64,000 nucleotides of DNA from an uncultured Alphaproteobacteria bacterium (GCA_902614085.1 CACMJS010000003.1:84945-148944), one strand, 5' to 3'. Shown: positions 37,589 to 47,402, numbered from the stretch's first letter. Translations and numbers: made by a program. Notes: generated by a model not told the origin, from the sequence alone.

Positions 37589-37589
37589 T

Positions 37590-38429
37590 ATGGAACTTAT
37601 CATTGAACACACAACTAAGTATGAATATAAAAATCCAGTTTCAGGATTAATTCAAACCACTAAATTACATCCCTCAGAATACAATGGTCTAAAAATTCTA
37701 GAATGGAATGTACATAATGATTCTGCAAAAAAATCAAAAATTTATCAGGATGGTGAGGCTAATAATATTCAAAGTTTTACAAATAAAAACAAGGTTAAAA
37801 AAATACAATTTACAGTTCTTGGAAAAGTAGAGACATTTGATACAAAAGGAATTTATCAGAGTGCTTCTGATAAAATCGACCCATTAGTTTACTTAAGAGA
37901 ATCAAATTTAACAAAAGCAAATGCTGATATAAAAAATTTAGCTATTGAAGCTAAAAATGGTTTTAATGAAAATGAAAATTTAGAAACATCTCATAATCTT
38001 ATGAATTTAGTAGCTGATAAAATTGAATACAAGCCATTAACTACAAATAATCAAACAACAGCAATTGAAGCATTTATACAGAAAAAAGGAGTCTGCCAGG
38101 ACCAAGCACATATTATGATTGCTGCTGCAAAAACTCTAGGAATTCCTGCTAGATACGTAAATGGTTATATGCACAACAATTCTCATTCTTCAGAATTTCA
38201 ATCTACACATGCGTGGGCTGAATTTTATATAAATGATTTAGGCTGGGTGGGATTTGACCCCACAAACAAGTGCAGTCCTGATGAAAGATATGTACGTGTT
38301 TCTTGTGGGCTTGATGCAAGTTATGCATCACCTATTAAAGGTGTTTTTTATGGAAATATTAATAATGATTCTTTGATAGAAAACCTAGATATTCATGTAC
38401 AAACATTGGAAAATAATTCTCAACAATAA
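37590..38429 (+). CDS. transglutaminase-like cysteine peptidase-fold protein
   Basis: Catalytic-core pattern GVCQDQAHIMIAAAKTLGIPARYVNGY ... HAWAEFY ... GWVGFDPTN (Cys-His-Asp). I chose ATG 37590 with AAGGAG 14 nt upstream rather than the overlapping upstream start at 37551. Confidence 0.85.
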   Translation: MELIIEHTTKYEYKNPVSGLIQTTKLHPSEYNGLKILEWNVHNDSAKKSKIYQDGEANNIQSFTNKNKVKKIQFTVLGKVETFDTKGIYQSASDKIDPLVYLRESNLTKANADIKNLAIEAKNGFNENENLETSHNLMNLVADKIEYKPLTTNNQTTAIEAFIQKKGVCQDQAHIMIAAAKTLGIPARYVNGYMHNNSHSSEFQSTHAWAEFYINDLGWVGFDPTNKCSPDERYVRVSCGLDASYASPIKGVFYGNINNDSLIENLDIHVQTLENNSQQ

Positions 38430-38484
38430 TTTGTTTGAAATATTTTCTTAACTTACTAGTATTATTTTAAAAAAAGGAGGAAAT

Positions 38485-38847
38485 ATGTTTCAAAATAAAA
38501 AACAACTTCAGTATTTATGGATTTTTAAACCTGAACTTAAAGATATTGCAAAAAGAATTGCAGAAGATCATACAAAATGGATGAAGGAAACACATACAAA
38601 GGAAGGTGATAAAGCACTCCTAATGTTAAATTGGTCTATAGGCCCTGAATTTAAAGATGGAAATAAAACAGGCAATATGTCTCTAATCTTAACAGAGGTT
38701 TATGAAAATCAAGCAGGAATAGATGATCATTTTGAGCAAGCACAAAACAATGGTGCAACTTTTAGAGATGATTTTAATGATTTTGAAAGCAAATGTGAAA
38801 ATTCAGTAAAAATTAATAGTTCGGATATTATCCATTCAATGTGGTAA
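38485..38847 (+). CDS. hypothetical protein (120 aa), possibly dimeric alpha/beta-barrel-like
   Basis: Strong SD (AAAGGAGG) 5 nt upstream. No firm motif; the fold guess is weak. Confidence 0.45.
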   Translation: MFQNKKQLQYLWIFKPELKDIAKRIAEDHTKWMKETHTKEGDKALLMLNWSIGPEFKDGNKTGNMSLILTEVYENQAGIDDHFEQAQNNGATFRDDFNDFESKCENSVKINSSDIIHSMW

Positions 38848-38958
38848 ATAATATTTTCAAACTTTAATTTATTTTTAAATAGATTTAAATAATCTTATTG
38901 TAATATTCAAGCTACATATCTAAGTTAGATACAATATTTAATTGAATTTATAGCTATT

Positions 38959-39354
38959 ATGGAAATTGAAAAAATTTTTAAAAATTTAATTTTAGCAGAC
39001 TTTATTGTTATAATTTTAATGGTTATATCATCTATGTATCAACCGTCTGAAATTGCCAATCTTTATGAAAATTTAAATGATGGATTATTATCTAATTTTG
39101 AAAATTTTACCCGAATAGTATCGATTAGTTTATTTTTTTTATATCTATTAACTTTGAATCTACTTTATCGATTTATTTCTTATGGAAAATCACTGTATTT
39201 ATTTTTAGTAGTAGCTGGCATAGTTCTAAATTATTTTAGTGGTTCTGTTATTTATACTGCCTTTAGTGGTATGCTTGATCAAATTGGTGGATTAATTAGT
39301 GGAGCAATTTTGATTCTTTTATATTTTTCTCCAATTAAAGATAATTTTAAATAA
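38959..39354 (+). CDS. hypothetical membrane protein (about 4 TM)
   Basis: Four hydrophobic segments. Confidence 0.45.
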   Translation: MEIEKIFKNLILADFIVIILMVISSMYQPSEIANLYENLNDGLLSNFENFTRIVSISLFFLYLLTLNLLYRFISYGKSLYLFLVVAGIVLNYFSGSVIYTAFSGMLDQIGGLISGAILILLYFSPIKDNFK

Positions 39355-39472
39355 AAAATAACTTAGTTTTCTGCAATGAAATCAATATTTATGTATTTTT
39401 TATTAAAATTTAGTTAAAATATATAAATAGGTACGGTCAAAACCCTTGTAAAAAAAAGACCATAAATTTGTT

Positions 39473-39865
39473 ATGGTAAGAACATTAGCTAAATTTATAA
39501 TTGGGTTATTAAGCTTATGGGCAGTAGTATTTATAATTGCAGAGATTATGGGTGTAACTATATATTTTCCTTTCACTATAGTTGAAAAACAAGAAATACC
39601 ATATCATAGAATTACTTCAGTCAGATTAGCTGTCTTTCTTACTTTTGCTTACTTTGGATTTAGATATCTTTTTCTTCAATCAGATAAACTTTATCCTATT
39701 CAGTTTTTAGAAATTTATATTAAATCATTTACAATTTGTTGTTTATTTGTTTTTTATACTAGTCAAGTTGAATTTAGAGAATACTATTTTGTTTTTTTCT
39801 TGTTTATAGTTTCATTAATTTTACATTTTGCATCAAGAAAAAAGATAAGAAGTTATTTTAATTAA
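39473..39865 (+). CDS. hypothetical membrane protein (about 4 TM)
   Basis: Four hydrophobic segments. Confidence 0.45.
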   Translation: MVRTLAKFIIGLLSLWAVVFIIAEIMGVTIYFPFTIVEKQEIPYHRITSVRLAVFLTFAYFGFRYLFLQSDKLYPIQFLEIYIKSFTICCLFVFYTSQVEFREYYFVFFLFIVSLILHFASRKKIRSYFN

Positions 39866-39867
39866 AA

Positions 39868-39889
39868 CAAGCGGCTATTACACCGCTTG
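39868..39889. terminator. GC-rich hairpin between convergent genes (likely bidirectional terminator)
   Basis: CAAGCGG-CTATTACA-CCGCTTG forms a 7-bp stem in an otherwise AT-rich spacer. A T-run follows on the minus strand (TTTTAATT). Confidence 0.55.
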
Positions 39890-39899
39890 CAAATTTATA

Positions 39900-40331
39900 T
39901 TAATAAGCCTCAAACATCGTTCTAAGGATAATTAAAATAAGTCCAACTAATGGAAACATAACTCCTCTAATGTTAGGGGTAATGCCGTAGTTATTTACAA
40001 GATTAAAATATCTAACAACAGAGCTAATTAAAGCTATTGCCATAAGCATAAACAAAAATGAATACCAGAATTTATATTGTACTACATTTTCTTCATAGGT
40101 GTTTCCAGTAACATCAAATGTTAACAATATAGACATTAATAACATTGTTAAAAAAACTGCACCTAAAGGACCTCTAAATACCAATTTTGGTTCCTCATTA
40201 GAAAATCCTAATTCATTAAAAAATTTGTCATTAAAATAAAACTGATAAATAATAAATAAATTAAAAAGCATGAATAAAACATGGAATGTAAACGCCATTG
40301 TACCACCAGCTTCAAGAATATATTCAGCCAT
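39900..40331 (-). CDS. hypothetical membrane protein (about 4 TM)
   Basis: Hydrophobic segments. I chose the ATG at 40331, preceded by AAGGAG, over the upstream ATG at 40361. Confidence 0.45.
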   Translation of the reverse strand: MAEYILEAGGTMAFTFHVLFMLFNLFIIYQFYFNDKFFNELGFSNEEPKLVFRGPLGAVFLTMLLMSILLTFDVTGNTYEENVVQYKFWYSFLFMLMAIALISSVVRYFNLVNNYGITPNIRGVMFPLVGLILIILRTMFEAY

Positions 40332-40405
40332 AAAAGTCTCCTTTATAAAAATAATTATCAAATTATTAATGATTCTTTATAAAAAAATTATTAAAGTAAT
40401 TTAAA

Positions 40406-41260
40406 ATGAAAAATATATTAGTTACAGGTGGTTCGGGTAAAGCGGGAAGGGCAACAATAAATTTACTATTAAAAAATAACTATAATGTGTTTAATGTAGA
40501 TTTAGCTAATCATTCAGAATTGGATGTCCCTTTTTCAAAAGTTAATTTAGAAAATTTTGGCGATGCAATGGAGTCTGTATCTGAAATAGATGATCGTATT
40601 AATGGAATTGATGCAATTATTCATCAAGCAGCTATTCCTGCTCCAGGTTTAGAAACCAATCATAAAACTTTTAGAATGAATACTCTAAGTACTTACAATA
40701 TTTTTCAGGCAGCTAAAGTTTTAAAAATTAATAATATTGTATGGGCTTCAAGTGAAACTGTTCTTGGCTTACCTTTTGACACATATCCGCCATATGTCCC
40801 AGTTGATGAAGAATATTATCCTCGTCCTGAATCTAGCTATTCCTTATCAAAGGTAATGGGTGAAGAAATGGCTAGACAATATTGCAGGAGAAATCCTGAA
40901 ATGAAAATATTTGGACTTCGCTACTCAAATATAATGGAAGAGAAAGATTACAAACAATTTCAATCATTCCAAAAAGATCCATTTTTAAGAAAATGGAATT
41001 TTTGGGGATATATTGACGCTAGAGATGTAGCTCAAGCTTGTTTATTAGCAATGGAAAGTAAATTAAAAGGTGCTGAGAATTTTATTATAGCTGCAGATGA
41101 TACTGTTATGGAAGAAGATAATAAATCTCTTCTTGATAAAGTATTTCCAAATATTCAAATTAAAGGTGAAGTTGGAAAAAATAAAACATTGCTAAGTAAT
41201 GATAAAGCTAAAAAAATTTTAGGATTTAAACCAAAATATTCTTGGAAAAATATTAATTAA
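40406..41260 (+). CDS. NAD-dependent epimerase/dehydratase (extended SDR) family protein
   Basis: N-terminus ILVTGGSGKAGRA, with an SS...YSLSK catalytic Tyr-Lys region. Confidence 0.75.
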   Translation: MKNILVTGGSGKAGRATINLLLKNNYNVFNVDLANHSELDVPFSKVNLENFGDAMESVSEIDDRINGIDAIIHQAAIPAPGLETNHKTFRMNTLSTYNIFQAAKVLKINNIVWASSETVLGLPFDTYPPYVPVDEEYYPRPESSYSLSKVMGEEMARQYCRRNPEMKIFGLRYSNIMEEKDYKQFQSFQKDPFLRKWNFWGYIDARDVAQACLLAMESKLKGAENFIIAADDTVMEEDNKSLLDKVFPNIQIKGEVGKNKTLLSNDKAKKILGFKPKYSWKNIN

Positions 41261-42219
41261 ATTTCCAAACTCATTAAACCATTTTTGTCAAAACTAATTG
41301 GAATTGGATTTGATATTTCTCCAATAAAATTACCTTTTTGATCATCATGCAAAAAAGCCATAAAGAAAAATTTATTATCTTTTTCAATAACTCTACCTGC
41401 ATAAAGTTCTATTTCAGAACTTGATGTAAAGTAGGGGCCTGGTGCCAGATTCCATGGGCCTTCAAATTTATCTGCAATTAAATAATGCGTTCCTCGCTTA
41501 TTCGGCCCATTATAATTTTTTTTGAATTCATTAGACCAGTCTTCTGGATGATTGCAAAATAAACAATACCATTTATTTTTAACTTTAAATATTTGAGGAA
41601 CTTCTAACTGACTAAATAATCCTCCAAATAAAGGTTGAATAGATTTCCATTCATAAAGGTTATTTGACTCAGCCATTCCAATTACCCCACACTGATAAGG
41701 ATCATTATGGATTGATGCTCTAGCTGTGTATGCCATTATAAATTTATTTTCATAAGGATGCTTCATTACCCATGGATCACGCATAGCACGATCTTTCCAA
41801 TAATTATCACTCTCTAACTCTTGGTAAATATTTTTATCTAAATCGAGAGCTAATCCATTTCCATATCTATTAAAAGAATAGGGTGTGCCACCTACTGCAT
41901 GACCAATTCTTTGTTTACTGCCATTTTCCTTTTTATTTCTACCTGTATAAAAGTAGTGCCAGTTATTTTTATTTTTAATTATTGATCCTGTCCAAGTTGT
42001 ATAATCATCAAAATTTTCATTTTTAGAAGGAGTAAAAACTGTACCATGATATTCCCAATTAATTAAATCTTTTGAGGTAGCTAATCCATGAGTAACATTA
42101 TTATGCCTTAGATCAGGATCTTTTAGAGATTTATCAGCTTGAAGAAAATAACAATACCAAATCTCATTATCATTACTTATCCAAAAATCCCAAAGCCATT
42201 TTTCTTTATGTTTTATCAA
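41257..42219 (-). CDS. five-bladed beta-propeller glycoside hydrolase-like protein (clan GH-J, GH32/GH68-like)
   Basis: N-terminal WLWDFW (nucleophile-Asp block), TWTGS, RDPWV (RDP motif) and LEVPQ (acid/base Glu block). No signal peptide. Confidence 0.55.
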   Translation of the reverse strand: MIKHKEKWLWDFWISNDNEIWYCYFLQADKSLKDPDLRHNNVTHGLATSKDLINWEYHGTVFTPSKNENFDDYTTWTGSIIKNKNNWHYFYTGRNKKENGSKQRIGHAVGGTPYSFNRYGNGLALDLDKNIYQELESDNYWKDRAMRDPWVMKHPYENKFIMAYTARASIHNDPYQCGVIGMAESNNLYEWKSIQPLFGGLFSQLEVPQIFKVKNKWYCLFCNHPEDWSNEFKKNYNGPNKRGTHYLIADKFEGPWNLAPGPYFTSSSEIELYAGRVIEKDNKFFFMAFLHDDQKGNFIGEISNPIPISFDKNGLMSLEI

Positions 42220-42220
42220 T

Positions 42221-43846
42221 TTAATTAAAAGAGATTTCTGCTAAAGAAGCAGTATCTTCCAAGTATAAATATAATTTATTATTGTAATAAATCATATCTC
42301 TTATTCTTTCACCAATATCTAATTTTTTTACAATATTAAAATTATTTTCCTTATTATTATAATTATATTCAAAAAAATATAGAGAATGGGCTTTTAAAGA
42401 TGCTACAACATATTGATTCTCATTATTTAATCCAATAATTTGTGAAATACCAATTGATGGATTGAAATATTTTAATGGTTCTATAAATCCATGTTCAGAA
42501 TGTGATTTATGTAGTGGATATTTTTCATATTTATTTTTATTTTCAGGAGCATTTTTACCTCCATAATGTTCTCCATAAGATGAAATGGCCCAACCAAAAT
42601 TTTGTACGGAATTATAATCAAGTTTTATCACATTAATCTCATCCCCACCTTGTGGTCCATGTTCTGCCTCTAAAAGAAAATTTTCATCCTCATTATAAAA
42701 AAGACCTTGGGGATTTCTATGACCCATACTGATAACTTCATAATCATTATTTTTCTTATTAATTTTCAGAACCTTACCAAAAATACTATTTTCACTCTGT
42801 GCTCGATAGCGACTTCTAAAATCACCTATGGAAAATAATACTATTTCATTATTTAAATTAATAATTCTACCACCAGATTGATGAGCATTGTATTCATCAT
42901 CTATATTATCATATTCATTTACACATTCTTCAGATGTAAACAAAGTTGTAAAATGAATATAAACATAATTCATTTTTCCTGAGAGCAAACTAGTATTCCA
43001 ACAATTTTCTTTAACTTCTTTTGTATAGGAGACGTAAATATCTCCATCAAATATTTCCACATCTTTTATTGAATACCAACCTCCTTTTAACCATGAGTAT
43101 TTTGGATCATCGAAGTGTCTTGATTTTTTAAATTGAGTAACATCAATAAAATTATTAAGATTATTTTGAATCTGTTTAAGAGATATTCCAAATTTTGGTT
43201 TATTTAATGGTTTTTTTGAGTAACCAATAATACCACTAGATGAAACTAGAATGAGATTATCTTTATGAATATCTAAATAACCACTTCCAGGAGTTGTATT
43301 CGTTATTCCATACAGCAAAGTATCTCCAATCGGAGTATAAAATTTTACACTTAAATTATCATCGTAAATATTAAAACGTCCATCGTAACCATAATTTAAA
43401 TCTTTTCTTTGTTCTTTAAACATCATATCAAATTCAGAGGGGTCTATTTTTTTGAAAATTTGATTAAAAGTTATTTGATTTTGTTCTAATTTTTTTAAAT
43501 TATTATTAAGATTATTATTTAAATTATTAAATGCATTAACAAATATTTGCTTATCTCCACTTATAAATATTTTTTCTTTATTAATCTTTTGTATATTTTC
43601 CTCTAGATCATTTATATTTTTTTCATCTACTTGAATTGTAGCAGTTAATTTTTGTCTATTTATATTTTCTAATTCTTCAATTTTCTTTTCTAAATTTCCA
43701 ATATTTTTAAATGGCACTATATAGTCAAAAGTAAATTCTCTAAGATTTTTTCCAAAATTATTTGTAACAAAAGAAAAATCTAATAATAAATTTAGTGAAA
43801 GAACGAATATTAAAATAATAATGGATATATTTTTAAAATTAAACAT
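42221..43846 (-). CDS. membrane-anchored glucose/sorbosone dehydrogenase (GSDH, PQQ-dependent-type) beta-propeller protein, paralog B
   Basis: SMGHRNPQGL, EAEHGPQGGDEINVI and NFGWA motifs. N-terminal TM helix followed by a coiled-coil-like segment. I chose ATG 43846 (TAG-A-ATG junction with paralog A) over 43909. Confidence 0.7.
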   Translation of the reverse strand: MFNFKNISIIILIFVLSLNLLLDFSFVTNNFGKNLREFTFDYIVPFKNIGNLEKKIEELENINRQKLTATIQVDEKNINDLEENIQKINKEKIFISGDKQIFVNAFNNLNNNLNNNLKKLEQNQITFNQIFKKIDPSEFDMMFKEQRKDLNYGYDGRFNIYDDNLSVKFYTPIGDTLLYGITNTTPGSGYLDIHKDNLILVSSSGIIGYSKKPLNKPKFGISLKQIQNNLNNFIDVTQFKKSRHFDDPKYSWLKGGWYSIKDVEIFDGDIYVSYTKEVKENCWNTSLLSGKMNYVYIHFTTLFTSEECVNEYDNIDDEYNAHQSGGRIINLNNEIVLFSIGDFRSRYRAQSENSIFGKVLKINKKNNDYEVISMGHRNPQGLFYNEDENFLLEAEHGPQGGDEINVIKLDYNSVQNFGWAISSYGEHYGGKNAPENKNKYEKYPLHKSHSEHGFIEPLKYFNPSIGISQIIGLNNENQYVVASLKAHSLYFFEYNYNNKENNFNIVKKLDIGERIRDMIYYNNKLYLYLEDTASLAEISFN

Positions 43847-43847
43847 T

Positions 43848-45395
43848 CTAGTTAATAGATACTTCTGCGATAGATGCCGTATCTTCCAAATATAAGTATA
43901 ATTTTTCATTATAATAAATCATATCTCTTATTCTTTCACCAATATGAACTCTTTCAATTTTTATATTATCACTATTACCATTGCTCACTTTATTTGGAGT
44001 TGTGATTTTTTCATCATTGTAGTCATATTCAAATAAATAGAGAGATTCATCCTTCATTGATGCTACTACGTAACTATTATTTTTATCTAAACCAACTATT
44101 TGAGAAATGCCAATAGATGGATTAAAGTAAATGAGAGGTTCAATAAATTTATATTCAGAGTGAGATTTATGTAGTGGGTATTTTACATACTTTTTTTTGT
44201 TATAGGGTGCATTTTTTCCTCCATAATGCTCTCCATATGAAGATATAGCCCATCCATAATTAGGTATTTTATTATTATTTAATTCAATTAAATTTATTTC
44301 ATCACCACCTTCAGGACCATGCTCCGCCTCTAAGAGGAAATTATTTTTTTTATTGTAATATAATCCTTGAGGGTTTCTATGCCCCATACTTACAACTTTG
44401 TAATCTTTTGTTGTTTTATTAATTTCAATTATTTTACTAAATATACTATCTTCTTTTTGCGCTCTAAATCTACTTCTAAAATCACCAGTAGAAAAAAATA
44501 GATTTTGATCATCTACATTAATTATTCTTCCTCCAGATTGATGTGCATTAAACTCACCGTCAATGTTATCATAAAAATGAACACATTCATCTGACGTGAA
44601 AAGATTTTCAAAAATAATAAGCTTTAAATTCATTTTTCCATGTAATAAACTTGTATTCCAGCAATTTTCTTTCACTTCTCTTGTATAAGATACGTAAATT
44701 TGATCTTTATAAATATTTACATCTTTAATTGAGAACCAACCACCTTCTAACCAATCAAAATCATGTATTCTTGATTTTTTAAACTGTTCTTTACCTATGA
44801 ATTTACTAATATTTGTTTTAATTTGTTTAAAATATAAATCATTTGTATTATTTTTAATTTGGTTAGAATAAGCTAATACACCACTTGCTGAAATTAAAAT
44901 TAAATTATTATTATATGTTTCTAAATATCCACTTGCTGGGAATTGATTAGCTATACCATATAATAATATATTTTTTTGAGGGCTATAGATTCTTGTCTTG
45001 ATTTTACTATTTGAAAAACTGTGCTCAGCATTAATTGCATATTCTAAATGCTTATTATTTTTTTTGATATCCAAATCAAATTCGTAAGGATCAAATTGCT
45101 CAAGTATCTTTGCTAATATTTGAGAGTGATATGCAGTTTCATTACTATCATCATATAAATCCTTGAATCCTTTCTCAAATAATTCTTTTTGTGCTTCAAA
45201 TTTATTACGTTCTTTTTTGAGATCTTTTATTTGAGTTTTTAAGTTTGTAGTATTTTTATGAAATAAAATATACTTATGTACAAATTCATTTAAATTATTG
45301 TTAATTTGCTTATTTATATACGTGAAATCAAATAAAAAATTGAATGAAAGAAAAGCAAATATCAGAAATACAATAAAATTTCTAAAAATTTTCAT
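43848..45395 (-). CDS. membrane-anchored glucose/sorbosone dehydrogenase (GSDH, PQQ-dependent-type) beta-propeller protein, paralog A
   Basis: SMGHRNPQGL, EAEHGPEGGDEINLI and NYGWA motifs. N-terminal TM helix and coiled-coil-like segment. Long identical peptide blocks are shared with paralog B. Confidence 0.7.
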   Translation of the reverse strand: MKIFRNFIVFLIFAFLSFNFLFDFTYINKQINNNLNEFVHKYILFHKNTTNLKTQIKDLKKERNKFEAQKELFEKGFKDLYDDSNETAYHSQILAKILEQFDPYEFDLDIKKNNKHLEYAINAEHSFSNSKIKTRIYSPQKNILLYGIANQFPASGYLETYNNNLILISASGVLAYSNQIKNNTNDLYFKQIKTNISKFIGKEQFKKSRIHDFDWLEGGWFSIKDVNIYKDQIYVSYTREVKENCWNTSLLHGKMNLKLIIFENLFTSDECVHFYDNIDGEFNAHQSGGRIINVDDQNLFFSTGDFRSRFRAQKEDSIFSKIIEINKTTKDYKVVSMGHRNPQGLYYNKKNNFLLEAEHGPEGGDEINLIELNNNKIPNYGWAISSYGEHYGGKNAPYNKKKYVKYPLHKSHSEYKFIEPLIYFNPSIGISQIVGLDKNNSYVVASMKDESLYLFEYDYNDEKITTPNKVSNGNSDNIKIERVHIGERIRDMIYYNEKLYLYLEDTASIAEVSIN

Positions 45396-45437
45396 TAAAA
45401 AAAAATTATCAAAAAAGAAAAATAATTACAATATGTT

Positions 45438-46361
45438 TTAGTATTTAACTTTGTTTTTTAATTTTTTTGAATAAAGATAATTTGATATATTTTGTGAGCT
45501 AATCTTAGCCATTCTCAATCTTGTTTCAAAAGTAGCACTTCCATTATGAGGGGATAACAAAACATTATTTAACTTTAAAAATTTACTATTAATTTTTGGC
45601 TCCATTCCAAACACATCCAATGCAGCACCACTTATTAAATTTTTATTCAAAGCATCTAATAAATGAACTTCATTAATTACAGATCCTCTTGAAACATTTA
45701 CTATTATGGAGGAGGGTTTCATTAGTTTTAATATACTATTGTTTATTAAGTGTCTTGTCTCACTTCCACCAATACAAGTAATAACCATTACATCAATTAA
45801 ACTAGCCATATCTTTTAAATTTTTAAAATATTTAAAATTCAAATTTTTATTATTTGGGCCATAATAAACAATTTTCATAGAAAGTGATTTTACTCGTTTA
45901 GAAAATGCCTTACCTATCTCACCCATACCTACTATTCCTACTGTTTTGTTAGTAAGACTAGTTGTCAAATCAAAAGGTTTGTTATTCCATTTTTTTTTCA
46001 AAATAAAATCATGAGCTTGATTTATTTTTCTTGATAAAGCTATCATGAGGCCAAGTGCTAAATCAGCAACATCATTAGTAAGAACTTTAGGTGTATTTGT
46101 TATAACTATTTTATTATTTTTACAATAATTCAGATCTACACCATCATACCCAACACCAAATACTGAAACTATTTTTAGATTTTTAAATTTTTTAAGAAAT
46201 TTTTTATTAGTTTTAAAACCACCAGTGACAACAATTCCTTGATATTTGCTAAAATCAATTTTGCTCTTTAATTGCCATAAGCAATCAACAATAAAATTTT
46301 TTTTATAAACAGGTATAAAATCTTTGATAAGAATATCAGTAATTAAAATATTTAATTTCAT
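45438..46361 (-). CDS. D-isomer-specific 2-hydroxyacid dehydrogenase (glyoxylate/hydroxypyruvate reductase-like)
   Basis: NAD-binding motif VGIVGMGEIGKAF. Catalytic RG..I/E/H pattern (NVSRGSVINE...SPHNGSAT). Confidence 0.8.
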   Translation of the reverse strand: MKLNILITDILIKDFIPVYKKNFIVDCLWQLKSKIDFSKYQGIVVTGGFKTNKKFLKKFKNLKIVSVFGVGYDGVDLNYCKNNKIVITNTPKVLTNDVADLALGLMIALSRKINQAHDFILKKKWNNKPFDLTTSLTNKTVGIVGMGEIGKAFSKRVKSLSMKIVYYGPNNKNLNFKYFKNLKDMASLIDVMVITCIGGSETRHLINNSILKLMKPSSIIVNVSRGSVINEVHLLDALNKNLISGAALDVFGMEPKINSKFLKLNNVLLSPHNGSATFETRLRMAKISSQNISNYLYSKKLKNKVKY

Positions 46362-46373
46362 ATAAGAAATAAA

Positions 46374-47402
46374 TTAATCTTTACTTGAAGTAGCCCAAAG
46401 ATTAATTTTTTCTTCTCTTGCATATTTATCTATCTCTTTTAATTCCGATTTACTAAAATATAAATTATTTTGACTATCCAGACATTCATCTAATTGCTTC
46501 ACAGTTCTTGCTCCAATTAAAGCAGATGTCATAGTTTCGTGACGTAACACCCATGATAAAGCCATTTGTGGTAAAGATTGACCTCTTTTTTTTGCTATTT
46601 TTGTCAATTCTTTAATTTTCACTAAGTAGCTTTTAGTAATCATTTTTTTATCAAGAGATGAATTATCTGAAATTCTAGATACTTTAGGAATAGTTTTCAA
46701 ATATTTTCCAGATAGCATACCCTGAGCTAATGGAGAAAAAGCAATACAACCAATACCTAATTTTTTGAGTGTATCTAAAAGATCTTTTTCAATCCATCTA
46801 TTCAGCATTGAGTAAGATGGCTGATGTATTAAACAATTAATTCCTCTTTGTTTTAAAAGTTTATTAATTATTATTGTTTGTTTAGAACTATATGAAGAAA
46901 TTCCCACGTACAGTGCTTTTCCTTGATTAACAGCTTGTGCCAATGCATCGGCAGTTTCTTCTAATGGAGTTAAGGGATCAAAGCGATGAGAATAGAAAAT
47001 GTCAACATATTCTATCTTCATTCTTTTTAAGCTTTGATCAAGACTTGCTGTCAAATATTTTTTTGAACCCCATTCGCCATAAGGTCCATCCCACATATGA
47101 TAACCAGCTTTACTTGATATGATCATTTCATCTCTATATTTTTTAAAATCAGAATTCATAACTTTACCAAAATTTTCTTCTGCAGATCCAGCAGGTGGGC
47201 CGTAATTATTTGCGAGATCAAAATGTGTAATACCTCTGTCAAAAGCTCTAAAGAGCATCTTCTTTGCTTCTTTTGTCATAGATTTTTTCCCACCAAAATT
47301 ATGCCAAAGACCTAAGGTAATAGGGGGTAGCAAAAGACCGCTTTTGCCAGATCTTCTGTATTCTAATTTTTTATATCTTTTATTATTTGCTTTATAGGCC
47401 AT
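46374..47402 (-). CDS. aldo/keto reductase (YghZ/L-glyceraldehyde-3-phosphate reductase-like)
   Basis: N-terminus YRRSGKSGLLLPPITLGLWHNFG, FDLANNYG, and AKR length. Confidence 0.8.
   Translation of the reverse strand: MAYKANNKRYKKLEYRRSGKSGLLLPPITLGLWHNFGGKKSMTKEAKKMLFRAFDRGITHFDLANNYGPPAGSAEENFGKVMNSDFKKYRDEMIISSKAGYHMWDGPYGEWGSKKYLTASLDQSLKRMKIEYVDIFYSHRFDPLTPLEETADALAQAVNQGKALYVGISSYSSKQTIIINKLLKQRGINCLIHQPSYSMLNRWIEKDLLDTLKKLGIGCIAFSPLAQGMLSGKYLKTIPKVSRISDNSSLDKKMITKSYLVKIKELTKIAKKRGQSLPQMALSWVLRHETMTSALIGARTVKQLDECLDSQNNLYFSKSELKEIDKYAREEKINLWATSSKD

Noticed and set aside
38917-38931. A 15-nt palindrome TATCTAAgTTAGATA upstream of the membrane-protein gene at 38959.
   Set aside because: It is an AT-only palindrome of this length in a genome of about 70% AT, which is plausibly chance. 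There is no second copy or associated regulator gene.
42221-45395. The tandem duplicated genes as a mobile element or IS-mediated duplication.
   Set aside because: There are no transposase or integrase genes and no terminal inverted repeats. The copies are diverged paralogs (different N-terminal halves), not recent repeats.
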